DNA of 63,440 bases from an uncultured Chitinophagaceae bacterium (GCA_965652975.1 CBFGYO010000001.1:1-63440), one strand, 5' to 3'. Positions 27,618 through 37,374 are shown, counted from the first letter of the stretch. Notes: generated from the letters alone by a model not told the origin. Translations and numbers: made by a program.

Positions 27618-27845
27618 ATGAATAGTTATAATTAAGCATAGGGTAAAAAGATCTTTGTCAGTTCAAATACATTGGATAAGAATGTTCTTTATTCGAGAGA
27701 AGGTTCTCGCGGCGAGCGCAGCGGTTATGCAGCGACGCAGCGACGATCATTGCTTTTACCGAGAGAATACCGATTGTCGAATAGCTTCGATACGCCCAGC
27801 TTACCAGCAATTATCCTAACTTTAAGATTAATAAAAAAAGCCCCC

Positions 27846-29270
27846 TTGATTCGTTTTATTCTCAATGAAACTTCGATTGCTACCCGGTTTGCCAGCGGGG
27901 CTGTACTGCTTGATTTTATCCGATATCAACAACATTTGACAGGTACAAAAATTGGATGCCGTGAAGGTGATTGTGGTGCGTGTACCATATTGGTTGGCGA
28001 ATTAGAAAACGGCACACTCACCTATCGCTCCATGGTATCCTGTCTTATGCCCATGCGAAATGCTCACGGCAAACACATTGTAACTATAGAAGGCATTAAC
28101 ACCATTGGACTAAACCCGGTGCAACAGGCAATGGCGGATGAAGGCGCTACTCAATGCGGTTTTTGCACACCGGGTTTTGTGGTATCGCTTACAGGATTTT
28201 GCCTGGAGAAAAAAACAACGGGTTGCAAACAGGCAATAGCTGCTATAGATGGAAATATTTGTCGCTGCACCGGCTACAAATCCATCGAAAGAGCGGCGGC
28301 CATGATTTCCGGGTTGATGGATAAAAGAAAAAGCGCGGATACATTTCAATTTGCGATCGACAATAATATAGTACCTGCCTATTTTGCAACAATAAAAAGC
28401 CGGCTTGCAACATTGGGTGCTGATGGCATTGATGGCGACGGCAATGGGGTAACTGTACCTGGCACCAAATCTTCTACGTTTCTTTCCGGAGGCACTGACC
28501 TGTATGTACAAAGACATGATGAAATGCACGATACACCCCTCCAATTCCTCTTTGACGACATCGAGCTGAAGGGAATAAGAAAAGAAGGCAATCGATGTGT
28601 GATTGGCGCGGCAGCTACGGTTACTGATCTTCTAAATTCCACTGTGTTCAACGACGCCTTCCCATATTTTAAGCAATATGCCAAACTCGTTTCTTCAACA
28701 CCTATCCGCAATATGGCTACGGTGGGCGGTAATTTTATCAATGCTTCGCCCATTGGCGACCTCACCGTTTTCTTCCTGGCTCTGAATGCACAACTTGTGT
28801 TTGCCGATGGCGAAAACCTAAGAGAAATTGCACTGGAAGACCTGTACACGGGATATAAGCAGCTTGCGAAGCAACCCCAAGAATATCTTCAACAAATCTG
28901 GTTTGAATTGCCCGGGCCTGATAGTCATTTTCATTTTGAAAAAGTGAGCAAGCGCACCCATCTCGACATTGCAAGCGTGAACACGGCAATACTATTGACA
29001 ATGAGCGACGGCCGGTTTAGTGAAGCCCGCATTGCAGCAGGTGGGGTAGCACCCATTCCTTTGTATTTACGTAAAACATCAGCAATATTGAAAGGAAAAA
29101 AAATTGAGCCAGCCGTGGTTCGTGAGGCGATTGAAATAATGAAGGGTGAAATTTCGCCGATAAGTGATGCGCGAGGTTCAAAAGAATACAAGGCATTATT
29201 GCTTGGCCAGTTGGTGAAGGCGCATTTCAAAACACTGGCACCATCAATAAGTGAAGAAATTTTTAAATAA
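27846..29270 (+). CDS. xdhA: Xanthine dehydrogenase small subunit (2Fe-2S + FAD-binding)
   Basis: GCREGDCGACT and CRCTGYKSI iron-sulfur motifs, followed by an FAD-binding/CO-dehydrogenase flavoprotein-like region. The TTG at 27846 (LIRFILNE...) is preferred to the track's TTG at 27672, because the 58-codon extension is low-complexity. Confidence 0.85.
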   Translation: MIRFILNETSIATRFASGAVLLDFIRYQQHLTGTKIGCREGDCGACTILVGELENGTLTYRSMVSCLMPMRNAHGKHIVTIEGINTIGLNPVQQAMADEGATQCGFCTPGFVVSLTGFCLEKKTTGCKQAIAAIDGNICRCTGYKSIERAAAMISGLMDKRKSADTFQFAIDNNIVPAYFATIKSRLATLGADGIDGDGNGVTVPGTKSSTFLSGGTDLYVQRHDEMHDTPLQFLFDDIELKGIRKEGNRCVIGAAATVTDLLNSTVFNDAFPYFKQYAKLVSSTPIRNMATVGGNFINASPIGDLTVFFLALNAQLVFADGENLREIALEDLYTGYKQLAKQPQEYLQQIWFELPGPDSHFHFEKVSKRTHLDIASVNTAILLTMSDGRFSEARIAAGGVAPIPLYLRKTSAILKGKKIEPAVVREAIEIMKGEISPISDARGSKEYKALLLGQLVKAHFKTLAPSISEEIFK

Positions 29271-29275
29271 AAGGA

Positions 29276-31585
29276 TTGTCATTGCAAAACATCGATTCAT
29301 ATACCCACCTCCGCGGAGAATCTGTTTACCTGGATGATATTCCGGAGTTGAATGGTACGTTGTATGCTGCGGTGTTTGATTCACCCGTGGCACATGGTAA
29401 AATCATTTCGCTTGATACCAGTGCTGCATCAGCCATGCCGGGTGTTGTTCGAATCTTTACTGCAAAAGATATTCCTGGCGAAAACCAGATTGGCGGCATA
29501 ATACCCGATGAAGAATTACTTGCTTCTACGCACGTTCACTTTTGTGGAATGCCGGTAGCCCTTGTAGTAGCTACCTCATCACACTTCGCAGCCGCCGCCG
29601 CAAAAAAAATTGTGCTCCAAACAGAACCTTTACCCATAATTACTGATCCGCGTGAGGCAAAGGAAAAAGGTGAACTGATTATTCCTCCCCGCACCTTCCA
29701 GATTGGCGATACCGCCAAAGGCTGGAGTGATTGTACGCATATCATCGAAGGTAATACAGAAACTAACGGCCAGGAGCACCTGTATATTGAATCGCAGGGC
29801 GCATATGCAACACCGCAGGAAAAAGGAGCCATTCGCATTTATTCATCCACGCAGGGTCCTACAGCGGTACAACGCACTACGGCGCAGGTGTTAAATATTC
29901 CCATGTACCAGGTGGAGGTAGATACTACGCGACTCGGTGGTGGTTTTGGTGGCAAGGAAGACCAGGCCACTACATGGGCTGTAATGTGTGCATTGGCATG
30001 TTATCATCTGAAGCGCCCCGTGAAATATTCGCTTCATAGGTTGGAAGACATGCGCATGACGGGCAAACGTCACCCATACTCTGCCGATTATAGGATCGGG
30101 TTCGACAAAGATTTGCGTATCCATGCGTATGAAGTAACATTCTACCAGAACGCAGGCGCCGCCGCTGATCTTTCACCTGCGGTAATGGAACGTACACTCT
30201 TTCATTGTACCAATTCTTATTATATACCACACGTAAAAGCTACTGCCTATAGCTGCCGTACCAACCTGCCGCCCAATACCGCGTTTCGTGGTTTTGGTGG
30301 ACCCCAGGGGATGTTTGTGATAGAAGCCGCCATTGATAAAATGGCAAAGCAACTCGGCATACCCGCTTATGTAATTCAACAAAAAAATTTACTTACCACT
30401 GGAGATACATTTCCTTATGGGCAAAAAGCGGAGAGTGAGGCAGGAGCCTGCTGGCAGCGCGCCAACGAGCTGTACGACATAGAGGGATTAAGTGAAGAAA
30501 TAAAAACCTTCAATGCTAATCACTCGCTCATAAAAAAGGGTATGGCAATTATGCCTATTTGCTTTGGAATTTCCTTTACGAAAACGCGCATGAACCAGGC
30601 AAGATCGCTGGTACACGTGTATACTGATGGCAGTGTGGGAATAAGTACGGGTGCAGTGGAAATGGGCCAGGGAGTAAATACCAAGATCGCACAGGTGGCC
30701 GCTGAAATATTTTCCCTGCCCGCATCGAAGATCAAAATTCAAACAACCAATACGTTTCGTGTAGCCAACACCTCACCCTCGGCAGCAAGTGCCACAGCCG
30801 ATTTAAATGGAAAAGCAACGCTAATAGCGTGCAATGAAATTTTAAACAGGCTAAAAAAGGTTGCCGCCTCAGAACTGAATACATCGATCGACTCGATCAC
30901 TATTGAAAATGAAAAAGTGCTGGTCAATAAAGTACCATCACAACTGGGATGGCAGGATGTCGTAATGCTTTGTTATAACAACCGGATCAGCCTTTCAGAA
31001 CATAGTCACTACACGCCCCCGGGAATTCATTTTGACAGCAAAACGGAAAAAGGTCATCCCTTTGCCTATCATACTTATGGTACCGCAATCATTACAGTAA
31101 GTATAGATTGCATTCGTGGCACCTACGACATCGATACCGTAAAGGTGGTACACGATTTTGGCAGTAGCATGAATACCATTATTGACCGCGGTCAGTGCGA
31201 AGGAGGTATTGTGCAAGGTATTGGCTGGATGACAATGGAAGAGATAGTTTATGATAAAGAAGGACGGTTACGATCAAATGCATTGAGTACTTATAAGATC
31301 CCGGATATTTATTCTGTACCCAACGAAATAGTCATACATCCGCTGGAAACTACAAAAGATAATCTTGCCATATTTCGAAGCAAGGCGGTGGGCGAACCCC
31401 CGCTGATGTATGGCATTGGGGCTTACTTTGCCCTGCGTAATGCAGTACTTGCCTTCAATCCTTCAGCAACCATTCCGTATGATGCACCTATGACGCCGGA
31501 AAAATTGTTGATGAGCCTTTATGCCGGCGTCACCAACCCCAGCCCCCGAAGTGGTCAAGAAAAAGTAGCCGATGCAACAAGCTAA
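29276..31585 (+). CDS. xdhB: Xanthine dehydrogenase molybdopterin-binding subunit
   Basis: 769 aa. GGGFGGKED motif and aldehyde-oxidase/xanthine-dehydrogenase layout. Apparent TTG start. Confidence 0.92.
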   Translation: MSLQNIDSYTHLRGESVYLDDIPELNGTLYAAVFDSPVAHGKIISLDTSAASAMPGVVRIFTAKDIPGENQIGGIIPDEELLASTHVHFCGMPVALVVATSSHFAAAAAKKIVLQTEPLPIITDPREAKEKGELIIPPRTFQIGDTAKGWSDCTHIIEGNTETNGQEHLYIESQGAYATPQEKGAIRIYSSTQGPTAVQRTTAQVLNIPMYQVEVDTTRLGGGFGGKEDQATTWAVMCALACYHLKRPVKYSLHRLEDMRMTGKRHPYSADYRIGFDKDLRIHAYEVTFYQNAGAAADLSPAVMERTLFHCTNSYYIPHVKATAYSCRTNLPPNTAFRGFGGPQGMFVIEAAIDKMAKQLGIPAYVIQQKNLLTTGDTFPYGQKAESEAGACWQRANELYDIEGLSEEIKTFNANHSLIKKGMAIMPICFGISFTKTRMNQARSLVHVYTDGSVGISTGAVEMGQGVNTKIAQVAAEIFSLPASKIKIQTTNTFRVANTSPSAASATADLNGKATLIACNEILNRLKKVAASELNTSIDSITIENEKVLVNKVPSQLGWQDVVMLCYNNRISLSEHSHYTPPGIHFDSKTEKGHPFAYHTYGTAIITVSIDCIRGTYDIDTVKVVHDFGSSMNTIIDRGQCEGGIVQGIGWMTMEEIVYDKEGRLRSNALSTYKIPDIYSVPNEIVIHPLETTKDNLAIFRSKAVGEPPLMYGIGAYFALRNAVLAFNPSATIPYDAPMTPEKLLMSLYAGVTNPSPRSGQEKVADATS

Positions 31586-32546
31586 AACCTGGCAATTCAT
31601 TTACGACAATTTTGAAAAAGGCATTCCCGTAATGCTGCTCTATGTACTTGAAAGTCGTGGAAGCAGCCCGGGAAGACAGGGGTTTTTAATGGCTGTAAAT
31701 AAAAATGCCGAGATGGAAGGATCGATTGGCGGCGGCATCATGGAGCACAAATTTGTAGAAATGGCGAAGAAACGGTTAGAAGAAGAACAGCCTATTGATA
31801 AAAAAGGTATTTACAAACAGGTGCACGATAAAGAAGCGGTGCGTAATCAAAGCGGGATGATATGTTCGGGCGAACAAACAATTTTTCTCTACTCCCCGGA
31901 TCTACAGGACAAACACAGCATCCAGGCATTGCTGTCCTCGTTGAAGAATAACGAAAATGGCACCTTAATACTTTCACCCTCCGGGCTAAAATTTGATCAG
32001 TCATTACCCGAAACAGATTTTCAATTTCATTTCACTTCCGAATCCGATTGGTTGTATCTCGAAAAAACCGGGTACCTATATCGTATTTCCATAATTGGCG
32101 GGGGTCATTGTTCTCTTGCTTTGTCAACCTTAATGAAGCAATTAGGATTTTTCGTTGCAGTTTATGAGGATCGCCACGATTTGAAAACGTTTCTACAAAA
32201 TGATAATGCGCATGCGCGGCATGTTGTAAATGATTATTCTGAAATAGGAGCGCTCGTTCAACCTTCGAAGAATCATTACGTAGTGATTATGACATTTGGT
32301 TATCGCACAGACGATATCGTCATCAGGAGCCTGGAGGGAAAAAACTTTCCTTATATTGGTGTATTAGGTAGCAGTACAAAAATCGGCAAAATGATAAACG
32401 CTTATCGGCAACAAGGGATGAATGAAACCTGGCTGAAACAACTATATGCGCCAATTGGCATACAGATCAAAAGCCAGACGCCAGAAGAAATTGCAGTGAG
32501 TATCGCAGCGCAGATAATACAGGTAAAAAATAAAGACGCCTCATAA
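31572..32546 (+). CDS. xdhC: XdhC/CoxI-family Moco insertion chaperone
   Basis: 324 aa. N-terminal XdhC_CoxI-like plus C-terminal Rossmann-like (IIGGGHCS). 14-nt overlap with xdhB. Confidence 0.85.
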   Translation: MQQAKTWQFIYDNFEKGIPVMLLYVLESRGSSPGRQGFLMAVNKNAEMEGSIGGGIMEHKFVEMAKKRLEEEQPIDKKGIYKQVHDKEAVRNQSGMICSGEQTIFLYSPDLQDKHSIQALLSSLKNNENGTLILSPSGLKFDQSLPETDFQFHFTSESDWLYLEKTGYLYRISIIGGGHCSLALSTLMKQLGFFVAVYEDRHDLKTFLQNDNAHARHVVNDYSEIGALVQPSKNHYVVIMTFGYRTDDIVIRSLEGKNFPYIGVLGSSTKIGKMINAYRQQGMNETWLKQLYAPIGIQIKSQTPEEIAVSIAAQIIQVKNKDAS

Positions 32547-32554
32547 TTGTAAAA

Positions 32555-33136
32555 ATGAAAATACTGGTAATACTGCTGTTCTTTCCGGCCCTCCTGCCTG
32601 CACAGGATAATTACTCGACTACGGACCTAAAGAATGGGAAATTCAAAGATGATAGAAGTTATATCTACACACTGCCTTTTGAAAAAAAGAAAAAAGTGCT
32701 CCTGGTACAGGCTTATGAAAGCAATTTGAGTCATAAGAATGAGCGGGCGCTTGATTTTAAAGTCAGGAAAGGCACAAAGATCTGTGCGGCCCGCGAGGGC
32801 GTGGTTATTGCTGCACGCGAAGATTCGGAAGTGGGTGGCTTAAAAGATGAACATCTTTCCGATGGCAATTATATTTCAATTAAGCACGACGACGGTTCGG
32901 TAGCACACTACTGGCATTTACAATTCAATGGTGTGATGGTAAATGTTGGCGATTCGGTGCAGGCGGGACAATGGATCGGCCTAAGCGGTAACACAGGTTA
33001 CTCAGCATTTCCACATCTGCATTTTGAAGTGCAGGGGTACACGGCTTCGGGAGCTTATACCCAATTACCTACACGTTTTTATACACAAAAAGGTGTGATC
33101 TATCTGAGGCCGGGAAAGTTTTATCGCGTTCGTTAG
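32555..33136 (+). CDS. M23-family metallopeptidase
   Basis: 193 aa. Signal peptide. HYWHL ... GNTGYSAFPHLHFEV (HxH motif). Confidence 0.85.
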   Translation: MKILVILLFFPALLPAQDNYSTTDLKNGKFKDDRSYIYTLPFEKKKKVLLVQAYESNLSHKNERALDFKVRKGTKICAAREGVVIAAREDSEVGGLKDEHLSDGNYISIKHDDGSVAHYWHLQFNGVMVNVGDSVQAGQWIGLSGNTGYSAFPHLHFEVQGYTASGAYTQLPTRFYTQKGVIYLRPGKFYRVR

Positions 33137-33227
33137 TGTCATGTAAAGTGCGCAAAGATTTTGTAAGCGCCCTTGGGTAACACTTTTCCCTGCAATAACG
33201 TACCTTGAACAATCAAAATAACAAGCT

Positions 33228-33743
33228 ATGTTTTTTGTATATATTTTTATTGGCCTGGTTGTTTTACTATTGATCATTGCTGCCGTGATGCCCAAAACAT
33301 ATAATATCGAAAAATCGATTGTTATACACCGACCTGTGAACCAGGTAATGGACAACGTGGGCAACCTCAACTTCTATTCTCAATGGAACCCCTGGCAGCA
33401 GTCCGATCCAACTACAAAAGCTACGATCACTGGCAGTCCCAAAACACCGGGTCACCAGTATGCCTGGCAGGGAAAAAAAGTGGGCGTTGGAAGTCTTACA
33501 TTACGTGACCTCGACAATAAGCATATTCACTTCGACCTGCAATTTTTTAAACCGTGGAAGTCAAAAGCCAAAGACAATTGGCTCTTCGAACCGTGGGGCG
33601 CCAGTGATACTAAAGTTACCTGGCAAAACAGTGGAGAATTTCCCTGGCCCATAGCAAGCCTGATGGGTCCGCTTATCAGCAAAAATCTTAATCACCAGTT
33701 TCAGCAGGGACTTAATAATTTGAAGAAGATGTGTGAGGCGTAG
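33228..33743 (+). CDS. SRPBCC-like protein with N-terminal membrane anchor
   Basis: 171 aa. TM MFFVYIFIGLVVLLLIIAAV, then a polyketide-cyclase/SRPBCC-like body. Confidence 0.6.
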   Translation: MFFVYIFIGLVVLLLIIAAVMPKTYNIEKSIVIHRPVNQVMDNVGNLNFYSQWNPWQQSDPTTKATITGSPKTPGHQYAWQGKKVGVGSLTLRDLDNKHIHFDLQFFKPWKSKAKDNWLFEPWGASDTKVTWQNSGEFPWPIASLMGPLISKNLNHQFQQGLNNLKKMCEA

Positions 33744-33841
33744 AAAGATAAAAGATAAAAACTAAAAGATAAAAGTTGTATTCATGCAGAGTATCCGACT
33801 GGAGACCACTTTTATCTTTTAACTTTTACCTTTTATCTTTC
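33744..33841. repeat. Word-periodic palindromic element H ('AAAGATAAAAG' family)
   Basis: aaagataaaagataaaaactaaaagataaaagttgta / ccacttttatcttttaacttttaccttttatctttc. Loop tatccgactggagacc. Starts at the first nt after the stop codon (33741-33743). Confidence 0.9.
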
Positions 33842-33852
33842 TCATGGTGCTC

Positions 33853-34227
33853 TCAAAAGAAGAACTGCTCCATTACAATCTTCCCATCCTTTACTTCATA
33901 CACAGCAATCTCATCCATTTTCATTCGTCCCATGCCCTTCATGGTTGCGTCCAGGCCCATAACTACGGCGAAGAAATTTGCGGCAACGATGGGAGCATTA
34001 GAATACCCGCCATGCATTTCTTCCACCGATTCGTTGAAGATTTCACCCTTTCTTTTAATCGCTTCTTTACCTTCAACTCTTTGAACTCCGGGAGCTTTTT
34101 CTGGTTCGATACTTACGGCATTGTCCGCAAACAATTCTTCCTGGATTTTGTCAAATTGGCCCATTTGAGCCAGTTCATGAAAGCGGTCAGCCACTTCCTG
34201 TGTGGTCAAGACTTTTTCGGCGATCAT
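33853..34227 (-). CDS. SnoaL/NTF2-like protein
   Basis: 124 aa. Typical NTF2-like small protein (…DKIQEELFADNAVSIEP…VYEVKDGKIV). Confidence 0.7.
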   Translation of the reverse strand: MIAEKVLTTQEVADRFHELAQMGQFDKIQEELFADNAVSIEPEKAPGVQRVEGKEAIKRKGEIFNESVEEMHGGYSNAPIVAANFFAVVMGLDATMKGMGRMKMDEIAVYEVKDGKIVMEQFFF

Positions 34228-34298
34228 AACCTATATTTTTAAGTTAAAAAAGGACATAAAAGCTACGTTCCTTTTGCCGCTTAAAAAATTAAATAATT

Positions 34299-34961
34299 AT
34301 GAATACCGAAATTTGGGGGATGAATGTAGTTTTACCTGGACTCAATAATAAAGTGATAGTGAAGGCGGTCTGGTTTCTTTTAATAATCTTCTTAACGGGT
34401 TGCTCCGTAAGCAATAATCCACTTCGAAAGGAAATAAAACTTTTGCAAAAAGGTATTATTCGGGATGATAGCAGCTATGTGTATGCCCTGCCATATGAAG
34501 AGGGTACATCGCACCGGCTTGTACAGGGATATTTCGGTCCCTTCTCGCACAAAGAAAGGGCGGCGTTGGACTTCAAGATGAAACGAGGCACGCGCATAAC
34601 CGCTGCAAGGGAAGGTGTGGTTGTTCGTGTAAAAGAAGATGGTAGTCGTGGCGGGTGGAACAGGAAATACCGGGCACATGGCAACAATATTATTATCCAG
34701 CATCCCGATGGATCAAGAGCGGGGTACTGGCATCTTCAGCATAATGGTGCTTTGGTAAATGTGGGCGACACCGTAAAGAAAGGCCAGGTGATCGCATTGA
34801 GCGGAAAAACTGGATACGCCGCCATGCCGCATCTTCACTTCCTCGTTTGGTCATTTGATAATAACAGGAAATGGCAACAGGTGCCTACACGTTTTCAAAC
34901 ATCTACCGGCATTAAGTATTTACGAAGCTGGGGGAAATACAGGAATGGGGAGAAAGACTAA
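34299..34961 (+). CDS. M23-family metallopeptidase (paralogue of 32555-33136)
   Basis: 220 aa. Lipobox FLTGC. GYWHL ... GKTGYAAMPHLHFLV. Collinear with the upstream paralogue. Confidence 0.85.
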   Translation: MNTEIWGMNVVLPGLNNKVIVKAVWFLLIIFLTGCSVSNNPLRKEIKLLQKGIIRDDSSYVYALPYEEGTSHRLVQGYFGPFSHKERAALDFKMKRGTRITAAREGVVVRVKEDGSRGGWNRKYRAHGNNIIIQHPDGSRAGYWHLQHNGALVNVGDTVKKGQVIALSGKTGYAAMPHLHFLVWSFDNNRKWQQVPTRFQTSTGIKYLRSWGKYRNGEKD

Positions 34962-35084
34962 ATTTTTAGAAGTGTACTCCTTTTCAACACATAGAGTGTA
35001 ATAGTTCAAAAGCCAATAACGACCATTTCCTTTTTACGCTTATTTCATTCCCCATAAACTTCTATCTTTCACAAAAAATCTCCT

Positions 35085-35714
35085 TTGTCTCTACCTGAAA
35101 TCTTCCAGCAGTTTGTCGCAAATATCAAGAGTGCTTCCCTACTGGAATACATTGCCGTTATTACCGGGATTGCCAGCGTATGGTATAGTCGCAAAGTAAA
35201 CGTACTGGCCTACCCTGTAGGACTTGTAAATACCATTATTTATATCTATTTAAGTTTTAAATTCCATTTAGCCGGCGAAGCAAGCGTGAATTTTTATTAC
35301 ACGGTGATGAGCATTTATGGCTGGTACATATGGTTGAAGAAAGACAAAGAGAAACACCCGGTTATTCACGTAAGCTACTCCAACAGGATAATGCTTTTGT
35401 ACCAGTTTTTATTCTTTCTCACGATTTATTTCGCTTATTATATTTCACTTGTTTATCTCAAAAAAGAATTTTTCAAAGAGGCAATTCCATGGGGGGATGC
35501 ATTGGCAACAGCCACCGCATTCACTGGTATGTGGTTAATGACGCGTAAAAAAGTAGAAAGCTGGTATTGGTGGATCGCTACCAATATTGCATCTATCCCA
35601 CTTTACTTTGTAAAAGGACTGGTTTTAACAAGCGTGTATTACCTGATCCTGCTTGTGTTTGCATTTTGGGGACTGAGTGAGTGGAAACGTCGCGCAAGAT
35701 TGCATACCGCATGA
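35085..35714 (+). CDS. pnuC: Nicotinamide riboside transporter
   Basis: 209 aa, ~7 TM, PnuC-like W-rich helices (WYWWIATNI). 4-nt overlap with the nadR-like gene. Confidence 0.8.
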   Translation: MSLPEIFQQFVANIKSASLLEYIAVITGIASVWYSRKVNVLAYPVGLVNTIIYIYLSFKFHLAGEASVNFYYTVMSIYGWYIWLKKDKEKHPVIHVSYSNRIMLLYQFLFFLTIYFAYYISLVYLKKEFFKEAIPWGDALATATAFTGMWLMTRKKVESWYWWIATNIASIPLYFVKGLVLTSVYYLILLVFAFWGLSEWKRRARLHTA

Positions 35715-36697
35715 AAAAGGGCCTTGTATTTGGGAAATTTATGCCTCCGCACAAGGGTCATCTTGCACTTATCGACAAAGCATATAATAACTGCGATCTT
35801 TTGCAGGTGCTATTGTGCTACACAAAAGAGGAACCCATTCCAGGTGAATTGCGAGTGGAGTGGATGACCCAGGTTCTTATGAACTACCCATCCACTATAT
35901 TGATCCCGTACTGTTATAATCCGCAACTTTTACCTAATACTTCCGTTGCATCCGAAGAGGTATCAGAACTCTGGGCGGCTGCATTCCAGCAGCTCGTACC
36001 CGACACGGATATTTTATTTACTTCTGAAAAATATGGCGAATATGTAAGCCGGTTTATGCATATCGAGCATATGTTGTACGACGAAATGCGAAGCGAGCAT
36101 CCGATTTCAGCCACTGCTATTCGCGAAAACCCATTTTTACACTGGGACTGGATCGCCGAACCCGCAAGACGTTATTTTGTAAAAAAAGTGGCCATCCTTG
36201 GATCGGAATCAACTGGTAAGTCCCTGATGGCAAAAAATCTCGCGAAGTACTTTCATACATCCTACGTGCCTGAAATGGCGAGAGACATCGTTGAAAAAAC
36301 GGACACCTGTACTATTGATGATTTATACAAGATAGCCTCGTTGCAGGCCACACATATTCAAAAAGAGCTGCAGAAAGCCAACCGCATTTTGTTTTCTGAT
36401 ACTGATTTGACAACAACAGCTTCGTATGCAGCATTTCTTTTTAATCATCAGCTCGAAGTAAGCGAGGAGATCAGGAAAATAAATCAATTTGATCTCTATT
36501 TATTCCTGGAGACTGACTGTCCCTTTGTACAGGATGGTACCCGCCTCGATGAAGCAATGCGTAACAGTCTAAGCAGGCATCACGAAGAATATTTGCATCG
36601 TAACAATATTCCCTTTACAAAAATTACAGGGCGGGATTGGGATAGCAGGCAAAAGTCAGCTATCGATGTCATACATAAGAAATTCCCACAATTGTAA
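35711..36697 (+). CDS. nadR: NadR-type NMN adenylyltransferase / ribosylnicotinamide kinase (no HTH)
   Basis: The ATG at 35711 is preferred. Nucleotidyltransferase motif FGKFMPPHKGH and kinase Walker A GSESTGKS. Confidence 0.8.
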   Translation: MKKGLVFGKFMPPHKGHLALIDKAYNNCDLLQVLLCYTKEEPIPGELRVEWMTQVLMNYPSTILIPYCYNPQLLPNTSVASEEVSELWAAAFQQLVPDTDILFTSEKYGEYVSRFMHIEHMLYDEMRSEHPISATAIRENPFLHWDWIAEPARRYFVKKVAILGSESTGKSLMAKNLAKYFHTSYVPEMARDIVEKTDTCTIDDLYKIASLQATHIQKELQKANRILFSDTDLTTTASYAAFLFNHQLEVSEEIRKINQFDLYLFLETDCPFVQDGTRLDEAMRNSLSRHHEEYLHRNNIPFTKITGRDWDSRQKSAIDVIHKKFPQL

Positions 36698-36752
36698 TCA
36701 TATAAACTGGCACTGAATTGGTAATGCTGACAAAAAGGTATCGATCAGTGCT

Positions 36753-37373
36753 ATGACGAATAAGTTCATCATAGAAAGCTTTTGGCAAAAGGCAGACAAC
36801 TGTACCAGTATCGTATTGATTAAGGCGGCCATACTCACCTATGGGATAGGTAAGGTGTTTAAAGTAACCAATAAGAGCGGGTATCGACTGATATCGCTAA
36901 AAGACCGACGAATGCTGCTTTTAACGAATACTGAAATCAGGAAAATTAACAAGGCAAACAAAATATTATTCAGTCGCCCGCATGATCCCATTAAAAAGAA
37001 ACGAGTAAAGCAACTTCGCCAGTATGTTGAATTGTGTTTTGCTGTGATCGTACGCAATCTTCAACTTCATGGCTATAAGGGAAAAGAATTCACCCTTTCA
37101 TCAGCCATACATCACCTTACCAAAGAGGGCATGCACACGGATCATATTCATCAGTTGCTTGGTTTACGACGAAAACGTAGCGCCGCACACTCACTTTCAG
37201 ACAATCATTTGCGCTTATTTAAAATGAAGAAAGCCGTGTTGCTTTACAGTGATGAGCATATCACCATTGCTTCCCGTGGCTATTATGAAGATTTTGGTAC
37301 GGCAGTACCAATCGCTGATACAATACCGTTACTGAAAGGGAAAAAGGCTAAAGAATGGTTTGAGCTGAAATAA
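36753..37373 (+). CDS. Hypothetical protein (possible papain-like Cys-His-Asp fold)
   Basis: 206 aa, no signal peptide. WQKADNCTS ... SDEHITIA ... YYEDFG are spaced as in papain-like peptidases. This assignment is weak. Confidence 0.45.
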   Translation: MTNKFIIESFWQKADNCTSIVLIKAAILTYGIGKVFKVTNKSGYRLISLKDRRMLLLTNTEIRKINKANKILFSRPHDPIKKKRVKQLRQYVELCFAVIVRNLQLHGYKGKEFTLSSAIHHLTKEGMHTDHIHQLLGLRRKRSAAHSLSDNHLRLFKMKKAVLLYSDEHITIASRGYYEDFGTAVPIADTIPLLKGKKAKEWFELK

Positions 37374-37374
37374 A

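Noticed and set aside
27672-27845. Upstream TTG start extending xdhA by 58 codons
   Set aside because: The extension (…EGSRGERSGYAATQRRSLLLPREYRLS…) is repeat-derived low complexity. The conserved XdhA N-terminus begins at the in-frame TTG 27846, preceded by an A-rich tract.
34962-35084. Possible NAD+/pnuC-type riboswitch upstream of pnuC
   Set aside because: I could not identify stems or conserved motifs of any NAD-related RNA class I know, and the region shows no obvious pairing.
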